Below are positions 63,791 through 64,000 of a stretch of 64,000 nt of DNA, piece by piece (position 1 is the stretch's first letter; each line of letters opens with the position of its first letter). The translations under genes and the position numbers were made by a program. The stretch lies in IMG/VR virus record IMGVR_UViG_3300044742_000149, positions 4,005 to 68,004 of that record. One strand, given 5' to 3'. Source of the stretch: a virus. Below the pieces are notes generated by a model. It searched no databases. It was not told the origin of the DNA and saw nothing but the letters and a program-made list of their open reading frames with translations.

Positions 63791-64000
63791 GTGGAGCATC
63801 GCACTCGACCGCTCCACGCGCCGCTCCACGGGCGCTCCACGGGTCGCCGGGTCGCCGCTCCACAGGTCCGCTCCACGGGTCGCCGGTCGCACCCCTGGCG
63901 GGGTCCGAGGGGTGCCAGGGTGCCGGTCGCCGGGGTCCGAGGGTGCCGGGTCGCCGGTCGCACCCCTGGCGGGGTCCGAGGGGTGCCAGGGTGCCGGTCG
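63791..64000. repeat. GC-rich repeat region: CGCTCCAC x5 and a 53-bp direct repeat
   Basis: CGCTCCAC at 63810, 63822, 63833, 63856, 63869, inverted GTGGAGC at 63791; 63877-63929 equals 63948-64000. Confidence 0.9.

Noticed and set aside
1-64000. Integrase, tRNA, rRNA and IS elements
   Set aside because: No recombinase or transposase motifs or cloverleaf structures recognised by eye; tRNAscan-SE and HMM searches were not run

Overview
This window is most of the genome of a GC-rich, long-tailed (siphovirus-type) dsDNA phage, opened inside the large terminase gene. The host is probably an alphaproteobacterium, inferred from GapR-like, DUF1376/YdaU, DUF6456-like and PodJ-N-like genes. From 1 to 37.3 kb (+) lie an HK97-type head module interrupted by a glycosyltransferase and methyltransferase pair, then neck, tail tube, a frameshifted tail chaperone, a 1996-aa tape measure, about 16 kb of fibre and LamG adhesin genes, tail tip genes, a holin-like gene and a GH19 endolysin. 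From 37.4 to 46.4 kb (-) lie small genes, a plasmid-like HTH Rep and RHH module, an AAA ATPase, a RecE-like nuclease, an SMC-like ATPase and a double-HTH repressor. From 46.4 to 54.4 kb (+) lie cro, replication genes, methyltransferases and a ParB-like gene. From 54.4 to 63.5 kb (-) is an accessory operon with DUF5131, GIY-YIG and beta-clamp-like genes and repeated structured leaders. Repeat arrays fill 63.6-64 kb. I saw no integrase, small terminase, tRNA, reverse transcriptase or CRISPR-cas. The most notable observations are: (1) a repeat-flanked RHH plus Rep module where an integrase would normally sit, suggesting a phage-plasmid; (2) a possible virion glycosylation cassette with a candidate -1 frameshift; (3) a circularly permuted lytic transglycosylase inside the tape measure; (4) fibre genes that may chain through a C-terminal D(G/M)GxF motif and an N-terminal LRIKRR domain; (5) duplicated structured 5' leaders and a 35-bp-period array. 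All family calls come from motif recognition by eye; no searches were run.
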